From NCBI GenBank assembly GCA_046563655.1, contig CM102286.1:8990001-9054000 (forward strand): a stretch of DNA of 64,000 nucleotides, given 5' to 3'. The position numbers and the translations under genes were made by a program. Position 1 is the stretch's first letter, and each line of letters opens with the position of its first letter. Below the pieces are notes generated by a model, which was not told the DNA's origin, did no database searches, and saw nothing but the letters and a program-made list of their open reading frames with translations. This stretch comes from Yuukianura sp. NJ FZ-2021 (lineage: Eukaryota). Shown here in pieces: positions 1 through 57,800 of the stretch.

Positions 1-937
1 AAGCGAAGAAATGGAGTAATGGTAGAGATGGCGGACGACTTTTCCAGGCTGTGCTATTTGTTTTGTGACGTCAAAATTGGTGGGTTTGGAGTCAAAGTAA
101 ATCAATATGTTCCAAAGAGAACTCCGATGTTTCTGTATGGTGGAACGCAAATTACGCCCAAGGAAAGTAAACACTTAAATACAACAGGTAACATAAAACT
201 TCTAAGTTTTGATGTATGAAATAAAACGAACAGAAATGTGGAATCACAACGACTGGTCTAACTGCGTTTTCATTCTATCGAACTTTCTCATTAGCGATTC
301 TGCTACCGTCGTTGAAAAAAGTTTACTCCACAACTAATTTTGTATACATTGAGTGGTTACTTCACCCAACGTGTTACGACTAATAGGCCGTATTTTTTAG
401 TGAGGACACAATTCTGTGCTTAATAGAAGCATTAGTGCCGTTGGCCCCTAACAAGTAAAGAAAATCTTAAAAATGCAATTTGGTGGGATTGCACTTTTGT
501 CAAAACATATTTCTGTTTCGTGTTGTTATGATGTTGGGGGTTAGGGATGTTTGGGGAGTTGGGAGATTTGGGGAAGGAGTAGAAGACGTGGAGTTTTATG
601 ATTGGCTATGTTCTGTGCATGGTTCAACTTCCGACGACCTCAACGACATGTCGACCTAACTTTGAGGTCAGCTCTATTCCGTACGTTTTGCGTCGGCTGT
701 CTACATTCTACTTGAGGACAACTGGAGGAGCTGCGGAACAGTTGGCTACACTCAAGACGACTCTGGAGACTTGCCGCAGCGACATTGAAACCTTCAACCA
801 GGAGCTGGAACATGTCCCACATGACTAACTTTCCCTTTCTTTTCACTTGGTAAAATAAAATTTGTTAGCAATTGCTTTAAAACAAACGAGAGAATTTGGA
901 TTTTGTGAGATCTTATTTGTTTTTTTTTTGTTTAAAT

Positions 938-1275
938 TTATTTGAATGGAGTACAACATTGATTAAGGTTAGATGAGGAAGGAAGAGAATTTTTGGAGAG
1001 TCTCCTAAGCTTTTTTCTTACAAATTGTCTAACTAGCCTATCATTTCTTTTGGAGTTGGAGTTGAAGTTGCAGTAGATGGACATGAGACAGCAAGTATGA
1101 TAAAGTTTGTAGAAAAAATAGATTGCATATTCTCCACACACTTGAGAGTTTGGACTTTGAAGAGTCCGGATGTTTTCCACAATTGAAGTCTGGTGCCGAG
1201 ATGCAAAGTTGGAAAAGGCCTTGTCGTAAAACTCTACTCCCAACCAACCCATACGAGTCGATGAATTTGAGAGGA
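938..1275 (-). pseudogene. Adenain-like cysteine protease remnant (Polinton/Maverick type), 5' truncated and frameshifted
   Basis: KFIDSYG in one frame, then FYDKAF...TLQSPNSQVCGEYAIYFF...NDRLVRQFV in another; this is the DSYG and Q...S..CG.Y signature of Polinton/adenoviral proteases. Confidence 0.75.
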
Positions 1276-1282
1276 GCCTTGG

Positions 1283-1435
1283 AATTTTAGGTTAGGTTAG
1301 GTTAGCTAACCTAGGTTAGCTAACTTAAACTTAACCTAGCTAGCTTAACTAGCTTAACTAGCTTAGCTACCTAGCTAGCTAACTTAACCTAGGTTAGCTT
1401 AGGTCAGCTAACCTAACCTTACCTAACCTAAAATT
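1283..1435. repeat. Quasi-palindromic TTAGG/TTAGC/CCTAA microsatellite
   Basis: aattttaggttaggttagg ... cctaacctaaaatt inverted ends around degenerate 5-mer repeats. Confidence 0.8.
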
Positions 1436-2190
1436 TACTAGAACTTAAGCCAGACAATTTTCTCCTCCCAACAAGTGTAATGGTTCCAGGTTTATGAACA
1501 ACTGAACTCAGTTTCGTTTTTTGTTGCTCTTATGTGTTATAATAAAAATTACACCCTACCCTCCCCTCAAAAGTTTCCTCACAAGTGAAGAGTGGGTGGA
1601 AGTGAACTCTTCCTCGTATACTCTTCTCCACTGAGAGAAAGAATGAGATCATCATTTTCTCATGCACCCTGAAAAGTTGACTTTCGAAAAGTAGGTCATG
1701 TTTACATATCTTGACCTACAGGTCAAGTTTGTTTTTACTAGTAGTCATGCGATGATAACTACTTACAGTAAAACTTTTAGCTTCTGAAAATCGAAACTTC
1801 ACAAAATTTCAGAAGACACACGATACTTTGAAAACAAGATGAGTTAGAAGTGTTTGGTTGTAGAATCGGACTCTTCGAAAAAATCAGGTTGATTTCCTTT
1901 TTCTTTTTTTGTCGAATTAGTTGGAGGGATAAAAGTTGGATTTGGAATCTGGAACTTTGGAATTTTGAAAAGAAAGTCTGGAAGGAAAGAATAAGTTTAA
2001 ATTTTCGTTGTGAATTGAATCCTCCAGGAAGAAAGTTGAATTGGCAGTGGCTCTGTGGACAATGAACTCTCAGTAAGAAATCGTAAGAAGCACTTCAGCT
2101 TGGCATCTTTCGCCTTGCAATTTCCTTTTGGTTCTCATCCAGCACTGCCGGATCAGACTCAGTAAGTTGAAAAGAACATAATTCCTTTTC

Positions 2191-2659
2191 GTCCAAGGCC
2201 CGTAGGCCGGGGGGACTAGAGCTTCGGCTCTATCCTACTAACACCTTGGACGGGCGCGGGTTCGAGTCCCGGCGTCGCCGACACGAAAGTCGTTTTCCAG
2301 AAATGGTTTTTCCACTTTCCTAGCCCAGATGGGGTGTTCGGATGATAGGTCAGTTTGGGGGGTTATGGGTGCGTGTGAAGAGGTCAGTAGTTGCTGTTGT
2401 GGAGGGGGGTCGTGGGCCGGTATGCGTACGATGCTGTTCCTGTCACTTGCCTGGAGCTGTGATATGTGGTAGGGCCCTAGCCCGTTCAGCTCTAGCAGAA
2501 AGCCTTTCGTCCTTCCCTCAGAACTTCTCGCCAACTATCTGACTGTACCACCGCCCCACCTCATAGGACCTCAACCCAACCCAGAAATTCCCTACCCCTG
2601 TTGATAAAGCTGAATGCTAATGTCAATTAACTCTCCAAAAAAAAAAAAAAAAAAAAAAA
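2191..2659 (+). mobile_element. SINE-like retroposon with Pol III B box and poly(A) tail
   Basis: GC-rich 470 bp; T-arm cgggTTCGAGTcccg at about 2257-2271; poly(A) run of about 23 nt; direct repeat aattccttttc at 2180-2190 and 2658-2668 (TSD). Confidence 0.8.
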
Positions 2660-2786
2660 TTCCTTTTCCACGCTAGATCACACTTTTTCCGGACTTTTGG
2701 AAATGGTGTCGTTACACTCGTCTGGTTACTTAAGTTTATCAGAACGACGAGCAGAGTTGGCTTTGTTAGAACGACTTCGCTTAGAA

Positions 2787-46119
<43,333 letters not shown>

Positions 46120-48507
46120 GCTTCAAAGGCTGAACTTTACTTGATCTCAATTGTGGAGAGAGATGAAATTCAGCAGATTTTGATGCTAAATCTGCTCTAG
46201 ACAGATTCAGGAAGTGACCTCATTTTGCCCTCTCTGTTTAACTTAATTTTGCTTACAACAACATTGGGCAAGTACTGGAGTATTGTTGATGGAAAAGTTG
46301 TTTTTTTTTTTTGCTGAATCACTTTAATTCAATCTGCGTCTCCTCCAGTCCACTTGAATCCGTCAGTGTTCCTTTTTGTAATGTTTATTTTAAGAGTCTT
46401 GAAAAGGTTTGCAAAATTTTGGGGTTTTGGAGTGCTGTGTTCCTGAGTCATGCAGAAATTAACTGTAAAAACATACAAGTGACACATTAGTGGCAGCAGA
46501 AAACTGGCAGACATTGAATGAACCACAACAACAAATTATTGCAAAAATACACTCCGTCATTACCATAACTAAATTCGCGCTTTCTCTGCTCATCTGCTCT
46601 ACTCATCTATTCGCACGAATGTTATTGAGGCTTTAGGCAATGCGAACTTGCAAGCTCCTGTTTTACGTTGAAATTACACAGGCTTGAATGATTGTTCGAA
46701 TGGTTTTGACAGGTAACAAGACAATAATTAACAACATGCCACTCACAACTTTTAATTTCCACTAAACCAAATATTTTAATAGGGCAAATATGGATGAGCT
46801 GAAATTTGACAATATGACAGCGTTGAAAGGGTTAAAAACCACAGAACTTATGGTTTTATTTTTATTGCTTTGGAATTTAAAAATTTTGATAGTAACTTGA
46901 CAGACTGGGTTCAAAAGGTTACCATAATTTTCTGGTGATTTCGATTTTGAAAAAAAATATGTTCTGAAAACATTAGGTCTTATGTGTTTTGTGATTCCTT
47001 TCAGCCTAATCTAAAGTGTAACCTTAATGACTCCCTTCAACTAAATTGAAAGGCCCTCCAGAACCATGATTCATTGAAATTGGGCCTAGAGATACGGGAG
47101 TAAGTGGCAGCAGAGGATCCCTTCCGAGTGTCTAAAATTAACACCATCCATTTCCAAGGGAATTTTCCATTCCAGACCCGAAGAAGGAAGTGATGACGGA
47201 GAGTGTAAATCAAAGTTAATTGTACAGTGTCATCTTTGTAATTACTTATTACAAGAGATAGGAACAGCATCCGAACGGGTCATAACCTTAGCAGACCAAT
47301 ACTTAAACTTATATACACTCCACTTAAATTTTCACACGTTCACAGTCTAAAGTTTCACACTTCACGATGTTCTAATGTTGATGGGATCCACTTAATTTCG
47401 GTTGAGAAAAAATTGGATTCCATTTTAGTAATAGGGGGACTGGATTATTTGTCGGCCTGATTCTGAAGAACATGAGAAGCTCCTAATGAAAATTGGTCTC
47501 TGGACCATTCTTAAGTCCCACTGACAATGACAATGGAAAGATGAAAGGTCATATGGAGGTCGCGGTCTTTCGGAGAAGAAATTTGAACGTTAGGGTGAAA
47601 CCTAATATACTTTGAGACCGAGACTACGATGACAGCGAAGGATGCAGTTCAAGGGCTTCGTTTGTGGCGGTTGAAATCTCCTTCGTGACAATGGAAACTT
47701 TCATTTCCTCAGAATTTTTCTTTTGTAGTGACTAATTTCTACGAAGTAATGAAAAGCCTAGCCTAACTTCAACCACTTTAATTTGATTTTCATCCAATAA
47801 AATTCTGGGTATTTTTTTTCTAAGAATTCTTCATTTCGAGGACATTTTTGGCACTTGATACTCCAAAATTCTTGGCCATAAGACAAAATTTTCTTTTCAA
47901 TGATCTTGATCTTGTGTAAGATTATAGTTTTGATTAATTTCAAAAATAGAAAGTAGTTACCGTTTTCTGCATTCAAAAACCGGCTACTTGGTTTATACTT
48001 TATACCACAAAAATGTTTAGAATTAAGGTCAGAGTTTTTTTCCCCGTGATTTATTTTATGTCGACTTGCTGAATGACTATTCCAATGAAGACAATCCTGA
48101 ACATACTGAAAGGTCAGTTTCTATAAAAATTTAGGAAAATCCAATTTCAAGAGTTGTGCGTAACGATTTGTACTTCAAAACGGATGCTTAAAAACAAAAT
48201 CAAAAGTTGGTGGCTAAAACAAGGCGTCCTTGGCTTAGCATTTCAAAGGAGAAGGAAGAATTGTTTGACATATGTGCCAGGTCACGGCGGTGGATTAAAT
48301 TGAAACTGTCATATTTGGAAGATGTCTTTTTTCCGTAGGATTATGAATATCACTTCAGAAGAAGACTTAAGGGCTTCCCCTCATTTCCAGACAATCCCTC
48401 TCCGTGCTTCTTCCACCAAATAATCCCACTATTCTTTCCTCCTGCTTTCCCGGGAGATCATGGGCGGTTTCTCCGTCATTCATTAGATTAAGCACCAGTG
48501 TCATTAC

Positions 48508-49250
48508 CAGAGCCGCAAAAAATATGTTGTTAAAACCAGTGAAATATGTATTTAAATATGTACTAAAAATCAGTGAAATATTTACTAAAATATTTTTTAT
48601 TTTACGAAATATTTAGCTATTTCCTAAAAATTACTAGTCAACTGTACCAACGATGCGAGTTTTACAGAACACCTATTCCAATTAGGAACGCTTTTGAGAG
48701 GATTCTAGATGTAAATTAGCCAGCACGCATCCTGCGTACATCAGACTAAGAGTACGCTGATCCATTTGTACGCTTAAACCTAGTTTTTAGCGTAGTACAT
48801 TTGTTTAAGCGTGCGGGTTTTTGCACATACGATCAATTGCCAGTACGCTTAGGCGATTTCACGCGGTCAAAACTTTTCTGAAATAAGTTATTGCAATTTT
48901 AAAAAAATTTCTCGGATTAATCTAATGAATGAAAGGGTTATTTTTAATCACAGGAACTGCATTAGAAGTGGGAAATTATAAAATAATTTTGCCTCCCATA
49001 TCCCTCCATACTATGTATTGCTGATTACGGGAAAACTTACGTAAAACACCTCGACATTGGTCTTTTCAATCGCCGATAGAAGCAAAATTGGCTTGAAATG
49101 TCAGAAAATTGTCAAAAATTCGCTAAAAATACCTCCTTTTTGTCAAATTCTGAGAATATTTTGCTAAATATTTTTTATATTTTTTTTCGAGAAATATTTT
49201 TTAAAAATATAAAAATATGTAATATGTAAAAAATATGTTTTGCGGCTTTG
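48508..49250. mobile_element. hAT-type MITE
   Basis: TIR CAGAGCCGCAAAA / TTTTGCGGCTTTG and perfect 8-bp TSD gtcattac (48500-48507, 49251-49258). Confidence 0.85.
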
Positions 49251-52200
49251 GTCATTACCTATTTACCAAGCTAAGGTCATGCCACCCCTTGTTCACTCTA
49301 ACAAAAACCACTGGAATCAACGTCACAACTCAAACTTCAGGGCTTAAATCACTGGTAGGTTAGGTTGCCCTAACCTAAGCACAGGAATGCTTAGGGGAGG
49401 TCTCCAGCATTTGACAATCCAGAGCATCACGGTTGGAACCGAAAAAGGTTTCTACCCGCAATTCAGCGGTCTCATCATTAATGCACCGCGACGCCGTCCC
49501 GGCTTTTTTTTTTGGAACAGGATCAACGAAAGCTTCAGATGCAGTTGCAGTTGCATTCTACTTCAAAAGAGATTCCACTACAGCCAAGTTTCATATAAGG
49601 GCTTGTAAGCTGTGTATCATGTGGAGGAGCAGATGGAAGTTAAGGGAAAAGGGAGGATTCTGTAGGCCTCTAATGTTCATGGACATTCAAAAGTACACCT
49701 CAAGAGCATCTGTGTCAAAATCCGGGTAAATCCAGCCTAGTCTGACCCCCCACTTCCCAGAATTCGGTCCAGTCTCTTCAGTTAAGAGGAAATTGAGGGA
49801 ATGATGTGACATTGATAGAGAAATCAGACTCGGTTCGCCCAGAATCTTGATAAATGATGCTCATGTGTCAAAAGTGAATAAATAACGTTTTTTTTTTGGC
49901 AAGGCATTGTTATCGCCTCATCACCCCCTAAGTTGTACTTTTGAGAGTATCTTTGCCACACTACAAAGGAATGCGCGTGAATCATGCGTAAATCTTTAGT
50001 CACACTCACATCCTAGTTTTTTCACACACGCATTGACAAGAGTCATCGATTTAACTCTTTTTTTTTTGAAAAAAAGAAAACACCAAATTTTAATTGCTTG
50101 TTTTAAGAAAACTAAAAAAAAAAGCAGAAATCACATTTACCTCTACTCCACTTTTAGAGAGATGAAATTAGAAACTGATCTGCTTTTGAACAAAGTGTGA
50201 CAATGTTGATGAACTCGCATGCTTTTTCAATTTGGCGGGAATACAGTTTGAGAAATGAGACCATCTATACCGCGAAGACAGTTTTAGAGTAAACGGCGAC
50301 AGTGATGAATTCCTTGTGCGCAAGGACTTACTGACTTTAGCAAACGAAAACACAGCTTAAGTGCAGAAGTGAAGACAACTGAAAACCGCACAGACGATGT
50401 TCAATCATTTGTCGCTGAACCACACTGCACTTCAATGTAATAAGAACACACTTTGGGTATCGGTTACACACAATAGTACAAATGCTGAAAGGTGCTCATC
50501 CTTTGTCATTGAAATTCTTCGAAAATCTTTCAATTTGCACCAAGACAATAGCCTTGACTCCTTCGTGTCGGTTTAATAGCCCCTGTGACCTTAGCACAAT
50601 GGAGTTCCATTTTGGCAATAAAATTTGAAACTGAAAAACAACATTTTCGTTCTACGCACACTTGTGACTTTTTGCATCAACAAAACAATTGTGCAGTACA
50701 CGGAAAAAAAATCGTAGAGTCGTTTTGCAATAAAACAAAAACTGCACAGAACTTTTCGTATCGCACGACGCTTTTAAGTGTTTAAAATTTGACGTTTTCT
50801 GTCCAAAATTATCAATTTTGGATAACAAATGAGTGAAACTTGGTAGTTAATTATTGGGTTGTTAAAGAAGCATTAATAACCGCCACTTAAATTTGGAGGG
50901 AGTAACTAAATGAGCCTAAGCGTCTTTTGCACGAAGATGAAGTTGGATTATAAAGTATGTGAAATAGGAAAACGTGAGTATTGTTTCACTAACAGCTTTT
51001 CCCTGTTTCTTATGGGTGTACACTTTGGAAGATCGTTTGACTTACTGCAAGCATCAAGTACAATAGGAACCGTCTTTGGGACCTGCAAAGCCAAAAAGAT
51101 CCATGAATTCAATTTTGAAGTTTCCCTCCCAAACAAAATACGGGAGTTAAGGCTTGCTGCACTTTCCAGGACCCCTTATTTCTTTGTTCAAATGTATAAG
51201 GACGTGGACCCTTTGGAACATACAGGGGACTTCAACTGTAAAAATCCCATGTAGTTGTACATTGTTGACCTACGCGTCCTTAAGTCCTTCAGGTTTGTAT
51301 GAATTCTTGTTCAAATTGAAATTGGATCGATTCTGATTAGGTGACTAACCTAAACCAATGCGGAGGTTGGCAAAACAATTTCCAAAAATTGTAAGCGTTC
51401 ATTTATAGTTATCGAAGATTTTGATTTTGTAATTAGTTACGATTTATGTTTTTGGAACAAAACATGTTTTTCACATTTGCAAAGTCAACAACATTCGTAC
51501 TATGGCTGATGCAAAATGTTAACTAAAATTGCTAATTTTTTTTCACTCAAATGACCTTGTGTTTAAAACATTGAAAGGTTAACGTTTAGAAGCGTCACAT
51601 CCACTTTTTGATAGCAATTAATACGTTTTGTAATCTCTGATCGTATGCTGCGGATGACTGATCAGTTGCTACGCAACGGGGCAGCTGAAACGTCTCAACG
51701 GCTGCTGAGTTGAAGCCGCTGTCGAAACGGCTTTAGAGAGTTATTGAACGGACGCGTGCCACAAGGATCTTATTGATGTTTATCAAGGCGCGTTCAGCTG
51801 GTTTTCAAAAACCTAGCTAATAATGATAGACACATTCAGAGGGAAAATTTGAAAAGAAAAGGCGTCCACATGGCTTCCAGCCTTGGGACCGTCAGTTTCA
51901 ATAGTAAAACCCGCATCTCTACTTCCGCACATCTTCAACATAGGGACTATAGTACGTCCGGTTCATTTCCAACTTCCCTTTTAAGACTTCCCTCTGATGA
52001 ACTTCCATGTATACTTTCCAAAACAGTTCAAAGTTTAACCAAAGGTTTGTTTTTTAGTGCCTTTTAAAACGGAAAGTTCGCCTCTTGGTTAGTGTTTCTG
52101 GTGCGTCCTTAGACTACCTCTGTGTTGGTTGTGTGTGTCAAGGGATGTAAAACATGTGTACATAAAAGTAACGCCTTCCCTTTGTTATTCTTTCCCTCTC

Positions 52201-54754
52201 TCGTTCCATGTCATCTTCAGGATCCATTGTTCCTTAATGAACAAAACTAATGAAAAATCTGGGAATTCCTTCATCTGAAGGCAGAACTAACGTTTAAGCG
52301 GCAAAGTCGTAAACAGTGCAGTCAAACCTTGGCATTTCTAAATCCTATTTTGAACTTGCATCTCATGACAATGGACTTATTGACTCTCGACCTCGTCCTT
52401 CGTCATTCTTTTGTTCCATTGGAAACCAACCCACCAAACGAGCAGTTTCTAACGGGTTTACAAGTTTTTAGTTTTATTTCGTAAACAAATGTTTCATTTT
52501 TTTTTCATATTCGGCGATGGAGATTTATAAACTGTTGCACGTAATCATTTTAAATGTTTGTATAATTCTCTTGTTCAAAATTTTGAATTTTGACATTTTC
52601 AGTTAACAGTTTTTCATCGGTTGCTAGAATTTACAACATTTCACATTTTTAAAATTAATACTTTGATTACTATAGTATTAGTTATTGCAATTAGTTAGGT
52701 TTAGGTCTTGTAAGATACCTAGGTTAGAAAAAAACAAAAAAACAATAACCAACTAAAATTAGATTCTAAATTGCGTAAAGCCACGTGTGTGGGGGCAGTT
52801 AGAATTTGGTAAACAAAAAACACATATTAAATGAAAATAAATAAACTTGAATTCTAAAAAAAAAATAATAAAATAGCGGAGAAGTTTTTTTTAATCTGTG
52901 TTTGGATTTAATTACAAAGTAATATACGGAAAAAACTGGTTTTGAACATTTAAAGTTTTGAGAGTCGTAAACCGATGAGGTGTTTGCTCGTAGATTTTAT
53001 GTGTGATGACATTTCTAACGTATGAGCCTATGCCTAACCATGTAAATATGTTAAATGGTGAAAATATGGTTAAAACTCATGATTTCGAGAGAGCACAAGG
53101 CATGGTGGTGTTGGTGTTGCGAGTAATACTTGGCTGTCGAACAAATGGTGGTCATGGCTTCCCCTGAGGACAGTATCATGCTCAAAGTCAATCAGTAAAG
53201 TGGTGATTTTGGTAATCGCCATCTCCTTCAACGTTAGATCCACCTTCAACAAACATTAAATTTCAAATAAAAAAGATAATATTGTGCGGATTGAGGGAAC
53301 AAATCACTTTAAATGCTTTAATTTTTAATGATCAGGCAAATCCTTTAGTTATTTCCAACAATTCGACAACATTTGTTGGAAACAGTTATTCAAACCTCTG
53401 TTAAAAAAATGAAACCTCATTAAACAACATGGAGTTCTCCACCGGCTATTTTTGTGGGAGAAGGAAAACTGACAACCTGCGAATGAAGTCCAAAAAATTA
53501 GAAAAATCCACATGCAGCAGAAAAGGCAGGCAGAAATTTTTCTAAAAGGTAGTTTGGAATACTTCAGGGGACGTAAAAATTAAAACGTCGAAGATTTTAG
53601 GTGAATTAATTGTGCGTTAAGCGGAAGGATGAAAGTTTCCAAGACACAGAAATGGGACGTTTTTTTCGCTGAAAAAATACATACTTTTTCTGTATTATGC
53701 ATCGGACGGTTTGAACACGATTTCCAAGACTTTAAACGCAGAAACGGCAAGAAGACAATTAACTGGTCCGTCTATAACTTGACGACTTTACGTGAAAATT
53801 GACTATTGCTTCAAATATTAATGGGTGACAATAAAGTCAAATATGCGTAATTCTAGGACATCTTAATTCCAAGAGTTCTAAACGGGGGTAAAAAATTAAA
53901 TTAAATGTGTTGTTTTTAATTATTACGCCTATTGTTTTCAAAAATTTTTGAAAATTTAAAAACGCGTTTTTGGCGCGCTCAAATATCGTTTAGAACTGAG
54001 CTGCACGACTATATGTGAAAAAAGGCGGCACCCATTGAGTCTCCGACCGCCCCGTTTACACAACACTTCTCCTCTCTCCCGCCACTTTTTCTGGGAGGGA
54101 AGTATGGACACAATGGCAATCATGTAATCAGCTGATCTTCATCAGCTGATTGCAAATGAGACAGCTGGATTCTCACGAATTTACGGGATGTTATGTGAAA
54201 AAATTCCTTTAGTAACCTATGTACAGAGAGGTTAAAGCAATATTATTGCCCGATTTTTCCCCGATGTTTTGTTGTTTCAAAGCAGGTTAAAAATCTGGGT
54301 TTCCCGTGTGTGGGTGACGTACCACGTGATTCACAACTGTATCTTTGCAAGTGTGCGCCACCTTTCCAAAGTGTTTCTAGTAGCGTTTATTCTACTCATG
54401 AATGATATATACATCGGATTCTTTCTTTGCCAAAATCGCAAAAATCTTTCATTCAATTCTTACCAAAAACAAAAAACCTTTTTAAAATGATTGTGCATTT
54501 TAAAGAAAAATCAGGTAAAAAACAATATAATCAACTAAACCTTCATTACCAAACACAAACACGGAGTGTCTCGATAGCTCCCAACATTTTTGACGCAAAA
54601 TTTTAGTGTTCGTATTCAGTTTCGTAGATTGGAATTCACGAAATTGAAGATACACAAGGCTCAAACAGTGAAAACTGGGGAAAATCTTAGTGTTTTTCTA
54701 CTTTGGGCAACATTTTGTCAAAACAAAAGAAGAAATTTTGACATTCACTCTCGT

Positions 54755-54845
54755 AAATGTCGGGAAAATGCCTTAATTCTTCGTAAAATGTCGGAAAAGT
54801 GCCCAATTTCTTCGTAAAATGTCGGAAAAGTGTCCGAATTCTTTG
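54755..54845. repeat. 31-bp tandem repeat, about 3 copies
   Basis: aaatgtcggaaaagtgcccaatttcttcgta-like units. Confidence 0.8.
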
Positions 54846-57800
54846 TAAAGATTCATTCTTATTTAAAACGTGAAAATCTTGTTTATCACTGCTTATTCTT
54901 ACGTTCAAAAACGTTCAACTCGCTTGTATCCAATTTCTAGCTCACCCCGATCAAGTTTCCCCACTCGGCTCGTTAGTAAGAAAATCTTAAGAATCCGATG
55001 TAACTCATGATTCTAAATATCGCAAGTTTTGCAACAAATGCAACTCAAACCTGCGCTGTTGAATTTGTGAACTCTGTTTTTTGTGATGGATGTGACCTCT
55101 CGTTTCTATCCTTAGACAATGGGAATCCGCTAATGATTGGTTTGAAATCAAGGTTCACGCTGACTAGCATGAATACAGAAATCAATCAAGGTCGAGTAAA
55201 GTCCCTATGGCCATGGCCCACTCCAGGGTGACAAGAAAGGCACAAGCGACATTTTAAGGTTTAACTGACGTTGAAAGCTGATGTAGGGAATGACCCCGTG
55301 TCACCCCTGAACGAACATCTAAAAGGACTCTCTCTCGTGTATGATCAAAGGAAAACTGGATCTTTATTGAACAATAAACATCAAATGAAACTAAAAGCTT
55401 AAGTGCAGGGTGGTCCTCGCCATCCTGCCGCGTCCACGGTCCGTCAGAGAGTGAATGGCTCTGCTGCTGCTCCTCTCCTCCTGTATGCTTCTCGGGTCCC
55501 CTCCTAATCCTCTGATGGGGGGGAAATACCCCAACCGTCACATTCTCCTGCGACAAAGCCCTCTTTACCGGGGTAACTTTGACCCTTGTGTCATTCAACT
55601 GACGATTGAACCCTTTCTTTGTTAACTAAACTGGGAACTTAGCAAACCCTGACCAAACTTTACAAGTAATTGTGAATTAAACTTCTAATTCTTCTTCAAA
55701 TTGACAATATAAACTTTGAAACATAACCTGATAACTTAATTCCTAATAAATAACTTTACTTATACCGAACTTTGTCTCATAAACGGTAAATTCTTAACAA
55801 ATTCTTAACAATTGGTGCATGAAACTAGGGAAAATCTAGTAAACTTATCTTAACCTTGTGTACAAACTTAAATTCTGGAACGCTGCCCTTCGCTGCGTCC
55901 CTTACTTTTCTATTTTATCTATAAACTTCTTAATTATTTCAAAAATCATTTCTTTTAAACTTACCACAACTTTAAACTAAAATTCTTAAATCATCATTAT
56001 TTCATTAACAATCTACCATAATAACCAAACAAAATAATATTACTTTACTTTAACTTAATCTAACCGCGCCTTAACTAAACATTTTACTTTAATCTAACAG
56101 GCCTTCTAAATTAAACTAATCACTTAACACTAAACTTGACGCTAACGCTAGCCTCATCTCAAAACCTGTACGTACTTCATTTTCAGAACGAGGAACATCT
56201 TCGCATCCCACATTGTTCTTTTAGAACGGAGAGCACTGCGGCATCCCAATTTTCTCACGGGCGCGCTGATCGAAAGTTTAAAACGACAAAACAAATCAAA
56301 CAGCACTAGTTTTTTTTAATAACAATACACAACTACAACTTCGCTTTGATTTTAGTAGACAGTTAATTATTGTTTACAATTAATCAAAGTTATAACGGAT
56401 AACGATGGTAAACTACACGACGGGGACGAGTTGTAAAGTTAAGCATGGCGCCATGCTATTAATCTAGTTGTTTGTAGTAAAGCTGAAGTGTCCAATTTAG
56501 AAAAACTTTGTGACTTGCGTGCCAGCCGAAAAATTCACCTATACCAAACTTGCTTAGGTCAATGATGGGATCAACTTCTGTCCTGTGACACATGACTCTC
56601 GACCCTGCGACCACACCCTGAGACTATAGGTTAGGTTCCGTTAGGCAAAACTACTCAGGTTGATAAAACTATACTCAAATGGAAGGAACTGATCAAGTCA
56701 AAGGTCACGTCAAAGGTCAAACATCTTAACACCTTTTTCAGCATTGCGTCAAAGGTCATATGACACATACGAGCCAAGTTCTATTAATAATATGCAATTA
56801 TTTCGAAATTTGACCTTTGACCCACTTTGACGGTAATTTTTTCATGTGTTACGGGCCATGTCACTCGCAAAAGGATTACAATTCCGCGCCGGTCATTTAC
56901 TTGCTTTTCAGAAATTCAATGGAAAATCTCTGTTCACACCGCATCCATGGAATTTTTTTCCAATGGACGGAAAATCCATCCATGAAAAAAAAATCCACCC
57001 CTCGCTTTCCCCAAATTCTGGTGTGAAAGAGTCAAAATTTTATCCATGGACTGGACGTCCAGTGGACGGCAAATCCATCCAGAGCTCCGGTGTGAAACGG
57101 CCTTAACCGTCGCACTGAGTGGAAACCCATTTAAGTCCATGCACGCATTCCGTTTGAAAAATACGGCTTCTAGAAACGAAGTGCATGCATTTGCGATTGC
57201 GAACATTCTAATTCCAAGCTGAGCAAAAATCAAAACGTGTGCGCTTCAATATTATCGTTTCCGAAAATTTATTATTTAACTTATCATCCAATTATTAATA
57301 ATTTAATCATAACTTTATTAACTTTAGCTTATAAACTTTGTGAAGTGACATCAGTAAAAGTACCTTACCCAGCGTTCACTCAGGTGAGGGAGCCATGGGG
57401 GTTCGTGCGTTGTTTAACCGATGTCAGGTTAGGTTAGGCTTAGCCGACGTCAAGGTTTGGGTTACGCGTCAGCAGTCACAATTTGAAACACTTTTGATTT
57501 GATAATTCAATGTTTAGAAATAAGGAGTGCTGGTAATCGGGACGCACATCAGTAGTGATAAAGATGAATTAGGCCATTGACTTGAAAGGGGAAGATTGTG
57601 GAACGTTCTTCTATTATTGTGGATCGAATTCACATTGTTGTAAACGTTCCATGTTGTCAGGAACACAACCAGTCGATGATGAGGATGACCCTTAGCCAGC
57701 TCAGGCACTGTATTCAATAAGCTTGGGCCCAAAGTCTTCGCAGATATTTCGTGAATGATTGGTACAATACTGACACTTCTCACAGACGCTGCTACATATT

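Noticed and set aside
2191..2251. HDV-like or twister ribozyme in the SINE head
   Set aside because: It has C-TAA after a stem but lacks the P1/P3/P1.1 elements of HDV and the pseudoknot partners of twister
55000..56200. Possible decayed LINE 5' UTR/ORF1
   Set aside because: Only compositional hints and no definite motif
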